DNA of 64,000 nucleotides from positions 138,608-202,607 of the forward strand of contig JACOZJ010000002.1 of the NCBI GenBank assembly GCA_016181405.1, given 5' to 3'. A program made the translations under genes and the position numbers. This document shows, one piece after another, positions 22,454 through 32,063 of the stretch. This DNA comes from Candidatus Wildermuthbacteria bacterium. Lineage in GTDB: Bacteria > Patescibacteriota > Minisyncoccia > Minisyncoccales > UBA10102. Positions within the stretch are counted from its first letter, which is position 1. The number at the start of each line of letters is the position of its first letter. The notes under the pieces were generated by a model that did not search any database, was not told the origin of the DNA, and saw nothing but the letters and a program-made list of their open reading frames with translations.

Positions 22454-23503
22454 CTAGACCCTCTCTCCTATGACTACCGTCTTCTCCTCTTTGCGCTTTT
22501 TGAGAAAATCCCGCAGGAATTCATAAAAAACTCCTGCTAAGGGAATAGCGAGGATAGCCCCCATAATTCCCCAGAACTGAGCCCCAATCGCAAGAGAAAT
22601 GAGCACAAGCACTGGCGGAAGACCAACAAAGCGCTTGGAAAGAAGTGGCTCCAAAACATTGTTTTCAATCTGCTGAAGAAGCGTATAGGCAAGCAGCACG
22701 AATAAAGCTTGCAGGGGCGACTCAAGCGCTACCAAGAGCGCGATGAGAAACCCTGCTATCAACGGCCCAACAATAGGAATAAAGTTCAACACTCCCGCCA
22801 TGGTACTCAAAGAAAGTCGGGAGGCCTCGACGCCAAATACCAAAAGCGTAACGTAGGTCCCGAAAAAAATAAACGAAGAGCTTATCACCCGTATAAGAAA
22901 CCAGGCCGAAACCTTCCGCTGGGAACGCGCCCAGATGTGCAGCGCCAGATTTTCATATTTTGGAGGAAACAGCAAACCGATTATCCGTTCCACCGGCCGA
23001 TTTTCAAGCGACAAAAATATTGCCACGCTTATAACGAAAATTGTTGAAAAAATGCCGCCGAAGATAGCAAAAAGCGCCTTAAAGATATTAGCCGTATTTT
23101 TTGAAGCATCTTCGGTGAAGGCATCCACAAAACTTTGAAAGTCTTGGAAGGTTGCTACCCCTAGCCCCTCAAGGGAAGGAGAAATTCGCTCTTCAAAGTA
23201 TTGCGGAAACTGCTTGGAGAACTCCTGGATTTCGTGAATAAATATAGGCGCCGTGGCGAATATCACATACGCGAGAAATCCAAATAAAGATAGATACATA
23301 ACGAGCGCTGCTAAAACGCGGGGGATGTGCCATTTCTGCAAAGATGCGATGACTGGCTCAAACAATACCGAAATAATCAAACCGAACAGCACCCACACCA
23401 AAATTTCGCGAATCAAAAAAACCACGTACACTAGGAAACCCGTAAGCGCGAGCTTCACAATCGTACTCCAAGAAATATCCAAAAGTTGATGAGACCCGTT
23501 CAT
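22454..23503 (-). CDS. AI-2E (PerM) family transporter
   Basis: Multi-pass membrane protein with the typical AI-2E C-terminal block (LNFIPIVGPLIAG, AQFWGIMGAILAIPLAG). Confidence 0.75.
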   Translation of the reverse strand: MNGSHQLLDISWSTIVKLALTGFLVYVVFLIREILVWVLFGLIISVLFEPVIASLQKWHIPRVLAALVMYLSLFGFLAYVIFATAPIFIHEIQEFSKQFPQYFEERISPSLEGLGVATFQDFQSFVDAFTEDASKNTANIFKALFAIFGGIFSTIFVISVAIFLSLENRPVERIIGLLFPPKYENLALHIWARSQRKVSAWFLIRVISSSFIFFGTYVTLLVFGVEASRLSLSTMAGVLNFIPIVGPLIAGFLIALLVALESPLQALFVLLAYTLLQQIENNVLEPLLSKRFVGLPPVLVLISLAIGAQFWGIMGAILAIPLAGVFYEFLRDFLKKRKEEKTVVIGERV

Positions 23504-24765
23504 ATTTTCAAAAGGGGAGAAAATATCGCCTCCTGGCGATACGGCCCAAGTACCACCAAGTTAAGCTTCTCTGGCACAAATAGATCGTGCGCCACCGCCT
23601 TAATGTCTTCTGGCGTTACTTGACTTATCTTATCATACAACTGTTCTGGAGTTAACATAAAACCTTCCAAAAGTTCCTGCGCGCCGTAAAAGCTTGCCTT
23701 GGCGTTAGAAGACTCAAGCTCAAGCGCAAGTTTCCCTTTTTCGTATTCTTTTGCCTTTGTCAGTTCCGTCTTCGATATACTCATGGTTTTGAGCCTTTTG
23801 TACTCCTTAAGGATAGCTCGGATCGCCTGTTCTGCAGATCCGTTTTTCACGCCCGCCGTGGTTACGAGATAACCGGTATCGGGATTGTTTTCGCTTGCCG
23901 TGGAAATATCGTACGCCAAACCGAGTTTTTCCCTCACCTCCACAAATAAACGAGAACTCATCATCCCCCCCAAGGTTACGGCGGCCAGCAGCTGGGCAAA
24001 ACGCCGAGGGTCAGAAAGATCATATGCCCGCACGCCAAGCGCAATGTTTGTTTGGTTTGTTTTCCGCCACTCTACCAAAAGCCCGGGAGATTGCTGCGTT
24101 TCTTTTACCGGAACTTTAGGTGCGCTCGCCGTGGTGCCAATGCGCGCAAACGCCTGCCGCGCTTTTTCGATTGCCGGTCTCTGTTTTATATTCCCTGCGA
24201 CGCACACGAGCGTATTAGAAGCCGTATATTGGCGCTTCATATATTCCCGCAGATCACTCTGTGAAAGTCCACCGATACTCTCCGGCGTACCTACAATATC
24301 CCAGCCCGCGGGTTGGTCGCCGTACAAAAGCCGCATCCACAAATTATCAACGTGCCGGGCAGGATTATCGCGATACATATGCAGCTCCTCCATCACCACT
24401 CCTTTTTCTTTTTCTATTTCTTTTGCCGAAAGAGTTGAATGCAGAAAAATGTCTGCCACCCACTCCAATGCCAAATCGAAATGGGCGCTGTCCACCTTCG
24501 CATAATAGCCGGTGTAGTCCTCTCCGGTAAAAGCATTGTACTGACCACCAACCTGATCGAGCGCTTCCGCAACCAGCAGAGGCGCGGGGCGCTTTATCGT
24601 GCCCTTGAAGAACATATGCTCTAAAAAGTGAGAGATGCCGCTTTTGTCTTTTGTTTCGTATTTTGAGCCGGTTCCCACCAAGACTAAAACGGTCACCGTC
24701 TTGGTGCCCCGTTGCGGAATCGTAAGAATCCGTAATCCGCTTTTCAGCGTTGTCTTCTTAGGCAT
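23500..24765 (-). CDS. M16 family zinc peptidase (insulinase-like)
   Basis: The HFLEHMFFKGT (HxxEH) motif, and the size fits the M16B two-domain layout. Confidence 0.85.
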   Translation of the reverse strand: MPKKTTLKSGLRILTIPQRGTKTVTVLVLVGTGSKYETKDKSGISHFLEHMFFKGTIKRPAPLLVAEALDQVGGQYNAFTGEDYTGYYAKVDSAHFDLALEWVADIFLHSTLSAKEIEKEKGVVMEELHMYRDNPARHVDNLWMRLLYGDQPAGWDIVGTPESIGGLSQSDLREYMKRQYTASNTLVCVAGNIKQRPAIEKARQAFARIGTTASAPKVPVKETQQSPGLLVEWRKTNQTNIALGVRAYDLSDPRRFAQLLAAVTLGGMMSSRLFVEVREKLGLAYDISTASENNPDTGYLVTTAGVKNGSAEQAIRAILKEYKRLKTMSISKTELTKAKEYEKGKLALELESSNAKASFYGAQELLEGFMLTPEQLYDKISQVTPEDIKAVAHDLFVPEKLNLVVLGPYRQEAIFSPLLKI

Positions 24766-26143
24766 TGAAGTCTATGCGTACTGTTTCTACTAACTCTTTA
24801 ATCGATATTCGTTTTTGTTCCATGGTGTCGCGGTCGCGGAGAGTAACATCGTTATGTTCGAGCGAGTCGAAGTCTATGGTTACGCAAAATGGCGTGCCAA
24901 TTTCATCTTGCCTGCGATAGCGCCGGCCAATGGCGCCGACCTCGTCGTACTGGCAGAAAAAATGCTCTTTAAGCATGTTGTAAACCTCTTTTGCCCTTGC
25001 TACGACCTCCGGTTTGTTTTTCACAAGAGGAAACACCGCAACCTGCACCGGTGCCACCTTCTTTGAAAGCTTCAATACTACTTCTGATTCCTTTGCCGCC
25101 TCCGTGGTGGTGGTGCGGGCTCCTTTTACCTCTTCATAGGCGTCTATGAGAAGGGCGAGCATGGCGCGCTCGATTCCCATGGTGGGCTCAATCACATACG
25201 GAAGGTATTTTTCAGCTTGCCCTGAGCCGCGTCGAAGGGTTTCGTCGTCCCGATACGAAAGGTCTTTCCCCGATGCTTTTATGTGCTGCCCCAAATCAAA
25301 ATCGGTACGGTTGGCAACTCCTGCAAGCTCACCCCATCCAAACGGAAACTTATATTCAATATCTACGGTGCGCTTGGAATAATGCGCCAAACTTTCTTTG
25401 GGGTGCTCGTATCTGCGCAAATTCTCTTTCTTCAATCCCAAATCAAGATAAAACTGCTCCCACGCGTTCAGCCAGAAATCAAACCACTTTTCATCTTCTC
25501 CGGGTTTGCAGAAAAATTCAATCTCCGCTATTTCAAACTCGCGCGAGCGAAAGAAAAAGTTTCCGGTGGTAATTTCGTTGCGAAATGATTTTCCCGCCTG
25601 GGCTATCCCAAAGGGCAGTTTCAGCCGCATGCTTTCTTGCACCAGCTTGAAATCCACAAACATTCCCTGCGCTGTTTCAGGGCGCAGGTACGTAACGTTC
25701 GAATCGTCTTCCACCGGCCCAAGAAACGTCTTGAACATGAGATTAAAATGCTTTGCCGGCGTAAAATCGCGGTCGCCGCATTCAGGACACTGATTTGGTT
25801 CTTTTGCCTCCCCCTGCCCTACAAAACGGCCGTCTATCATGTGGTCTGCCCGGAAACGGCTGTTGCATGATTTGCATTCAATAAGAGGATCGGTGAAATT
25901 TTCCACGTGGCCGGACGCCTTCCACACGTCAGGATGCATTAAAATGGTGCTGTCGAGCGCAACTACGTTATCCATCTGCTGGACAAATCGGGAGAACCAC
26001 TCTCGCTTGATATTTTGCTTCATTTGGGCACCCAGAGGCCCGAAATCCCACAAGGCCTCCACGCCTCCATATATCTCGCTTGAGGGAAACACAAACCCTC
26101 GTCTTTTCGCCAGCGACATGATTTTTTTCATTGTCTCATCCAT
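24758..26143 (-). CDS. glyQS: glycine--tRNA ligase (dimeric class II type)
   Basis: FVFPSSEIYGG, FRNEITTGNFFFRSREFEIAEIEFF, GIERAMLALL, and a C-terminal anticodon-binding domain. Confidence 0.92.
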   Translation of the reverse strand: MDETMKKIMSLAKRRGFVFPSSEIYGGVEALWDFGPLGAQMKQNIKREWFSRFVQQMDNVVALDSTILMHPDVWKASGHVENFTDPLIECKSCNSRFRADHMIDGRFVGQGEAKEPNQCPECGDRDFTPAKHFNLMFKTFLGPVEDDSNVTYLRPETAQGMFVDFKLVQESMRLKLPFGIAQAGKSFRNEITTGNFFFRSREFEIAEIEFFCKPGEDEKWFDFWLNAWEQFYLDLGLKKENLRRYEHPKESLAHYSKRTVDIEYKFPFGWGELAGVANRTDFDLGQHIKASGKDLSYRDDETLRRGSGQAEKYLPYVIEPTMGIERAMLALLIDAYEEVKGARTTTTEAAKESEVVLKLSKKVAPVQVAVFPLVKNKPEVVARAKEVYNMLKEHFFCQYDEVGAIGRRYRRQDEIGTPFCVTIDFDSLEHNDVTLRDRDTMEQKRISIKELVETVRIDFNA

Positions 26144-26168
26144 GCTGCTATTCTAACCACATTTCACT

Positions 26169-27836
26169 TTAGCGCACAACACCCATACTTTCTGAAATCG
26201 AAGGATCATCGGGCAGTGTAGTGTCTATGGGGCCGTCTGCAGAAGAAACTAACTGGTCAACAAACAAATCTTCTCCCGTAATACGGGCTTCGCCTATCAA
26301 CTCCGCGGCCTTCCCCCGGTGAGTAGAAGAGGGAGTAAACGCTATCTGGAATGCCACAGAAGAATCTTGAACTTCCGGATATATTCCGGCGCCCGCGGGG
26401 AGATCTCCAATCTCCCAAACAATTTCTCTGGATGCAGAGTCAAAAGTAAGAGCGCTGCTTTCTGGGAAAATACTTCCAGTCAACTCTACCCCTGGAGGAA
26501 GCACTGCTTTTACCCTCGCCGAGCGCACATCGGAGTATCGATTTTTAGCCTGCCAGATAATCGTGTACGTATTGCGCTGGCCTACCTGCAAAGGGTGCAC
26601 TCCCTCGTTTCCAAACACATCGTCGGAGAAAAATCCTTTTTGGTCGATAGCCAAATCGGCGAGAAGTTTTATTTCAAACTCCGCGCTTACTTCAGAAAGC
26701 AGCACTCGGTTTTTCATAACAAGATCCTTGTCTTGAGGGCTAAAAGTTTCTACTTCGTCTTTCACGTTCACCCAGAATTCCACTTTGCCTTCTTCGCCTT
26801 TCCCTAAAAAGCGCAGCCGCGGAACATCTCTTGGTTCCCAGGTAATGGAGTTGTCCCCCTTCTGGAATCTTCCTCCAACTACCTTTACATTTTCCAGATC
26901 AAACCCGCGGCCATCGAGCGTAACAACTAAAAAGAGGTTTTCCAAAATTCGGTCGGTAGGATTCCGGAAAGAAATCTCGTAATGCAACACGTCGCCCGCG
27001 GAAGCCACATAGTTTGGCGAAGAGTTCACCGTCTGCGTGAGAAGCAGCTGTGGCCGAGTAATCTGCACCCCTTTGGTAATCTCGCGCATAACAGTAAACC
27101 TTCCATCTTTCCAGCTTCCGATCACCGCCCGAAACATCTTTGTTTCCTGCACATTTCCGTCTAAAACGCCCTGTATGGCGATGCGTCCGCCTTCTGTGCG
27201 ATTGAGCAGCCCTATATCCCACTCATTGTCTCCCAGAGAAGGAGGGTTAGCGCTCTTAAAGGAAAACCCCTGCGGGTAGTCTATCTGAATGCGGAGATCT
27301 GACAACGGATATTCCAAGTTTGAAAAATAGTTCACTGTAATCCCGAACTGCTGGCCAGCCTCCGTGCGCGAAGGGATGTCAAACTCAAAGTTCAGGGGGA
27401 CAAACGAAATCACCGAAGTAAAAGTTGTTTCGGAACGAAAAGAAGCATTGAGGTTACGGGGAGTATAGCTTAAGGAAGCCTTTGCCTCCTTTACTTCCTT
27501 CTCTCGCCCGAACAGCCGCGCTGAAAACCGCAAGGAAACTTCCTCACCCGGGTTGATATCATCAACAGGTTTGGTGACGCGTATGTCTCCGCCCTCGGAT
27601 GGAATGGAGCCTTCGGGATATTCAAAAATCAAGGTTGCGTTTACCAACTGGCTTTCTCCGCCATTTTTCCACCGCACTACATAGGTAACTTCTTCTCCCA
27701 TCTGCACTTCTTCCGGCGCTAAAATTTCAAGCCGTATGTCAGCGGTAGAAAAAACATTTTTCTGCCAAACCCAAAATCCAGCAACCGAAACGGCTGCTGC
27801 GGCAAAAAGAATGGCATAAACAATTTTCAAACGCAT
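26169..27836 (-). CDS. membrane-anchored protein with repeated beta-sandwich (DUF11/CARDB-like) modules
   Basis: N-terminal hydrophobic anchor MRLKIVYAILFAAAAVSVAGFWVW, followed by repeated segments of about 110 aa. The function is not recognisable. Confidence 0.45.
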   Translation of the reverse strand: MRLKIVYAILFAAAAVSVAGFWVWQKNVFSTADIRLEILAPEEVQMGEEVTYVVRWKNGGESQLVNATLIFEYPEGSIPSEGGDIRVTKPVDDINPGEEVSLRFSARLFGREKEVKEAKASLSYTPRNLNASFRSETTFTSVISFVPLNFEFDIPSRTEAGQQFGITVNYFSNLEYPLSDLRIQIDYPQGFSFKSANPPSLGDNEWDIGLLNRTEGGRIAIQGVLDGNVQETKMFRAVIGSWKDGRFTVMREITKGVQITRPQLLLTQTVNSSPNYVASAGDVLHYEISFRNPTDRILENLFLVVTLDGRGFDLENVKVVGGRFQKGDNSITWEPRDVPRLRFLGKGEEGKVEFWVNVKDEVETFSPQDKDLVMKNRVLLSEVSAEFEIKLLADLAIDQKGFFSDDVFGNEGVHPLQVGQRNTYTIIWQAKNRYSDVRSARVKAVLPPGVELTGSIFPESSALTFDSASREIVWEIGDLPAGAGIYPEVQDSSVAFQIAFTPSSTHRGKAAELIGEARITGEDLFVDQLVSSADGPIDTTLPDDPSISESMGVVR

Positions 27837-27848
27837 GGATATATTGTA

Positions 27849-28478
27849 TCAATTTTGCAATATCTGCGAAAGGTGCTCTTGCGATATTTCGCGCAAACGA
27901 GTTTCATTTATACCCCGAAAATCAATATCCTGCAAGGTTTCGCTGTCGCTCTTCAAAAGAACTCCGATAAACTCGGCAATACTCGGATCTTTTACGACGA
28001 TTTGAGCGAGGGAAGGCGAATACCCTGCGGAAGCAAGAAGATTCCAAAGAAAATAATAAGCTAAAATTTTTAACTCGCGCCCTTTCAGCGCAGGCCGGTT
28101 CAAAACCGAAAGCGTTTCTTGCAGCAAATTCCAAATCTCCTCATCCTGTTCCTGTCCATGCAGCAGTTCATCGGCAACCTGCGCGAATCTCTCCATGACA
28201 CGCAATCTCTCCAAATTTTTGCGAATACCAGAGTAGAAGCAAACACAAACGGCGTCGGTAATAGTTTTATACACTTTCCCTTGGATAAACTCGATTTCCG
28301 CCAGATAAAAAAGTTCCAGCCCTCCCCGGAGCTTGGAAGTAATCTTGCGTTCGGAAACCGCCCGCAAGCGCAGCTTGCCAAAATCTTTGGTAAACACCGT
28401 AAACACGCGATCTGCCTCGCCTATATCCTGCTTTCGCAAAATAATCCCTTGAGTGCGATAGTGTGTAGCCATAGACAA
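27849..28478 (-). CDS. recO: DNA repair protein RecO
   Basis: TQGIILRKQDIGEADRVFTVFTKDFGKLRLRA (OB-fold N-terminus). The size and gene context fit. Confidence 0.8.
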   Translation of the reverse strand: MSMATHYRTQGIILRKQDIGEADRVFTVFTKDFGKLRLRAVSERKITSKLRGGLELFYLAEIEFIQGKVYKTITDAVCVCFYSGIRKNLERLRVMERFAQVADELLHGQEQDEEIWNLLQETLSVLNRPALKGRELKILAYYFLWNLLASAGYSPSLAQIVVKDPSIAEFIGVLLKSDSETLQDIDFRGINETRLREISQEHLSQILQN

Positions 28479-28481
28479 GCC

Positions 28482-31400
28482 TTACTTCGCGCTTCCCGCT
28501 TTCCGGATGCCGAGCCGAAGCGTTCTGCCTTCGGCAGAAAACTCCTGTTCAATATCGAACTCCTCCTTCGAATCATCGCTCTCTTGCATCTCTTTTACAC
28601 CCACGGCAGGCATAATCATTTTCTGATTCTCCCGCAGAATTTTTCTCAACTCTTCTGCCCCTTGGTAGCGCAAGTAAATCCTGTCTTGCGGCTTGTATCC
28701 CGCTTTCTTTCGCATTTCCTGAATATTGCGCAGGATCTCGCGCAGCAATCCTTCTTTTTGCAACTCGGGCGTAATTGTCGTATCCAGCTCCACTTCTCCC
28801 TTTAGATTTTTATCAAACGTTACCTCCTTTACATTCAGTTCGTCTTTTATCAAGCCCATAAACTCTCCCTTCAGTTTGCTCTTATCACTTTTAACTTTTA
28901 ACTTCTGCAGCGGCTGGCGTACCTTTATCCCCGCCTTAGCCCGCTCTGCCAATCCCTTTACCACAAACTCCCGAGCTTGCTCCATTTCTTTCTCAAGCCT
29001 TGCACTAATCTTTTTTGAATCTGTTTTGGGCCAGTCTTCCCAATGCACACTCCCCTTACCTCCAACCTCGCCATAAATATGTTCGCTCAAAAACGGAATA
29101 AAAGGCGCAGTTAGCTTGCTTGTTTCCAAAAGTACCGATCCCAATACAAAGTATGCATCTTGAAACTCTTTCGCGTTGCGGGGATTTTGAAAGCGCTGTC
29201 GAGACCGCCGAATATACCAGAGAGATAAATCGTCAATCACAAAACTTTCTATTGCGCGCGCAGCTCCGGTAATATCGTATTCATCAAACCGTTTTGTCGC
29301 TTCTCTAATAGTGCTGTGCAACCTTGAAATCACCCACCGATCTAAGATATTTTTCGTTTTGAAGTTTTTGGCCTTAGGACTTGCTTGAGCATTGAACCTT
29401 GGGGTTTGGGATTTTCTGTACGTTTCGTAAAACACAAAGGAATTCCACAGAGTCAAAATAAACTTGCGCATCGTCTGCTGCAAATCTTTTTCCGCGAATA
29501 ATTTAGGATCCCATGGATGGTTTAACGTGAAAAAATACCAGCGTAAGGTATCCACGCCGTACTTTTCAATCATATCCCATGGCCTAACCACATTCCCTTT
29601 GGATTTGGACATTTTCTCTCCTTTCTCGTCTAAAATATGCCCAAGTGAAATGACATTCTTATACGGCGCTTTCTGCCCCAAAAGAGTGGCTACGGCAAGC
29701 AACGTATAAAACCACCCTCGCGTCTGATCAATACCTTCCGTAATGTAATCTGCAGGATATGGTTTAGGCGCCTTGATACGCCCTTGTTTATCCGCCTTAG
29801 CTTTGTCAGCCGCAGAGGCAAACGGCATAGACCCTGAATCAAACCATACATCCACCACGTCTTTTACGCGCTTCATTCGTCCTTTCTCGCACTTTACGCA
29901 GTCAAATTCGATCGCATCGATATATGGCCGGTGCAAATCAATTTCCATTTCCTCGTTGTACGGAAAGCGGTGAAATTCAATGGAGCGCGCTTCTCCTGTT
30001 TCAATCGCTTTTTTCATACGAAACCGTATCGTTTCCTCCCGCGAATACCCTCGCATTAACCCTTCCAACATCGTTAAGGGCAACTCATGACTTACCAGCA
30101 AGATCGTCTTGCCGCTATACTTCTTCTCCATATTTCCCATGAACTTATATACGCGCTTCTGCACCTGGAGATACGTCTCTCCTTCAGGAGGCCCTTCTTG
30201 AAATCTTCGCAGGTAATGCTGGAGAGGCGTTTCGCCCTCTCTCCGGAAATACGCCCCAAATTCATCTATATGCTTCCCGTTAAATATACCCATGTCGCTC
30301 TCTCGGAGTCCTTGGTCGTATTCCACCTTCAAACCAAGTTCGCCCGCCACAATTTCTGCTGTCTCTTTGGTACGCAGCAAATCAGAAGAAACAATCGCAT
30401 CTATCTTTTTCTTTTTCAAAAGATTGGCAAGTCCCTGTATTTGTTTCCTCCCTTTGGGCGTCAATGGAGAAGGATTTTTTTCCGGCCAAGACGCGCTTAC
30501 ATTTGTAAGCTGCCGCTCTGAATGCCCATGCCGAAGAATATAATAGGTGTTGTTCGGCTTTTGCAGTTGCTCCAAGTCCTGCACAGAACCAACTACCTCT
30601 CGATGGGCGCATATGCCGCATTCCCATACGGGCAAAGGAGTGCCCCAATAGCGCTCGCGGGAAAACGCCCAATCTTTTACCTCTGCTAACCATTCACCCA
30701 TTCTGCCTGTTTTAATATGCGGCGGAACCCAGTTGATGCTTTTATTGTTGGCAATCAACTGTTTTTTCACCTTCTGCATGTTCACGAACCAGCTGTCCTT
30801 AGCATAATACAGCAAAGGAGTAGAGCATCGCCAACAAAACGGATATTCGTGCTCGTACAGTTCTTCTTTGTACAAAAGATTTCTTTTCTGGAGATCTTCG
30901 ATAATCAAGGGTTCAGCTTCCTTCACAAATACGCCCTTCCATTGAGGAACCAGCTCATTGAATTTTCCTTCTTCGTCTACCGTATGCCTTTTGGGAAGGT
31001 TCACTTGCTGGCCCAGCTTATAGTCGTCTTCCCCATACATAACCGCTGTGTGCACGACTCCTGTTCCTTCTCCCTCCTGCACAAAATCAGCGGCATATAC
31101 TTTGTGAGAAACAGGGGACTTAAGCGGAAAAATATCAAAAACTTGTTTGTACGGAATCCCTATCATTTCTGCGCCTTTAAAAACATCCTGTTCGTTTTTC
31201 GGGGTCTCGGCTAAAATTCCTTTTTCCACAAGCAATTTATAGCTTGCAAGACCAAGAACAAGCCAACGCTTTTCTCTCTCAGGGTCAGGAATACAAACAT
31301 AATCGAGCTTCGGATTTACCGCAAGCGCAACATTACCCGGTAATGTCCAAGGCGTAGTTGTCCAAGAAAGTATAGAAGTGTTTTCCCATTCTTTATCTGG

Positions 31401-32060
31401 AGGGATAACTTCGAATCGTACGTAAACAGATTTTTCTTTGACGGTTTTGTAACCTTGGGCAAGTTCATGGGAAGATTCTGGCGTGCCACACCGCGGACAA
31501 TACGGCACCACTTTGTAATCTGTGTATAGCAAACCCTTCCCCCAAAACTGCTTGATAATCCACCACAGGCTTTCCATATATTCTTTGCTGTAGGTAATGT
31601 ATGGATTATCGGTGTCCAGCCAAAAGGCGATGCGCCGCGTTAAATCATCCCATTCCTTTTTGTATTCCCAGACCGATTGCTTGCATGCCTTGTTGAATTT
31701 CGCAATGCCGTATTGTTCAATTTCTTTCTTGGAGCTAAGCCCGAGCTTTTTCTCGATCTGCAACTCCACGGGGAGACCGTGCGTATCCCAACCGGCCTTT
31801 CTTCCAACATAAAATCCGCGCATTGTTTTGTAGCGGCATATAACATCTTTAAACGCGCGGGAAAGCACATGGTGAATGCCCGGACTTCCATTCGCCGTAG
31901 GAGGCCCCTCATAAAACACGAAGCGCTTCCCCTTTTGGCGCTTTTGCAACGATTTCTCAAACGCCTTTTGCTCTTTCCAGCGCTTGAGTATTTGCTCTTC
32001 CAATTTCGGAAAATCCGCTTCCATACGCCTTACGGTATCATCTTTGAAGCGAATTTTCAA
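28482..32060 (-). CDS. ileS: isoleucine--tRNA ligase with an inserted histidine-phosphatase (PGAM-like) domain
   Basis: PPTANGSPGIHH (HIGH), KMSKSKGNVV (KMSKS) and the WTTTPWTLPGN editing domain. Residues about 503-705 (YYILRHGHSERQ...LLVSHELPL) interrupt the WECGIC...FDCVKC zinc-knuckle region. Confidence 0.9.
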   Translation of the reverse strand: MKIRFKDDTVRRMEADFPKLEEQILKRWKEQKAFEKSLQKRQKGKRFVFYEGPPTANGSPGIHHVLSRAFKDVICRYKTMRGFYVGRKAGWDTHGLPVELQIEKKLGLSSKKEIEQYGIAKFNKACKQSVWEYKKEWDDLTRRIAFWLDTDNPYITYSKEYMESLWWIIKQFWGKGLLYTDYKVVPYCPRCGTPESSHELAQGYKTVKEKSVYVRFEVIPPDKEWENTSILSWTTTPWTLPGNVALAVNPKLDYVCIPDPEREKRWLVLGLASYKLLVEKGILAETPKNEQDVFKGAEMIGIPYKQVFDIFPLKSPVSHKVYAADFVQEGEGTGVVHTAVMYGEDDYKLGQQVNLPKRHTVDEEGKFNELVPQWKGVFVKEAEPLIIEDLQKRNLLYKEELYEHEYPFCWRCSTPLLYYAKDSWFVNMQKVKKQLIANNKSINWVPPHIKTGRMGEWLAEVKDWAFSRERYWGTPLPVWECGICAHREVVGSVQDLEQLQKPNNTYYILRHGHSERQLTNVSASWPEKNPSPLTPKGRKQIQGLANLLKKKKIDAIVSSDLLRTKETAEIVAGELGLKVEYDQGLRESDMGIFNGKHIDEFGAYFRREGETPLQHYLRRFQEGPPEGETYLQVQKRVYKFMGNMEKKYSGKTILLVSHELPLTMLEGLMRGYSREETIRFRMKKAIETGEARSIEFHRFPYNEEMEIDLHRPYIDAIEFDCVKCEKGRMKRVKDVVDVWFDSGSMPFASAADKAKADKQGRIKAPKPYPADYITEGIDQTRGWFYTLLAVATLLGQKAPYKNVISLGHILDEKGEKMSKSKGNVVRPWDMIEKYGVDTLRWYFFTLNHPWDPKLFAEKDLQQTMRKFILTLWNSFVFYETYRKSQTPRFNAQASPKAKNFKTKNILDRWVISRLHSTIREATKRFDEYDITGAARAIESFVIDDLSLWYIRRSRQRFQNPRNAKEFQDAYFVLGSVLLETSKLTAPFIPFLSEHIYGEVGGKGSVHWEDWPKTDSKKISARLEKEMEQAREFVVKGLAERAKAGIKVRQPLQKLKVKSDKSKLKGEFMGLIKDELNVKEVTFDKNLKGEVELDTTITPELQKEGLLREILRNIQEMRKKAGYKPQDRIYLRYQGAEELRKILRENQKMIMPAVGVKEMQESDDSKEEFDIEQEFSAEGRTLRLGIRKAGSAK

Positions 32061-32063
32061 TTT

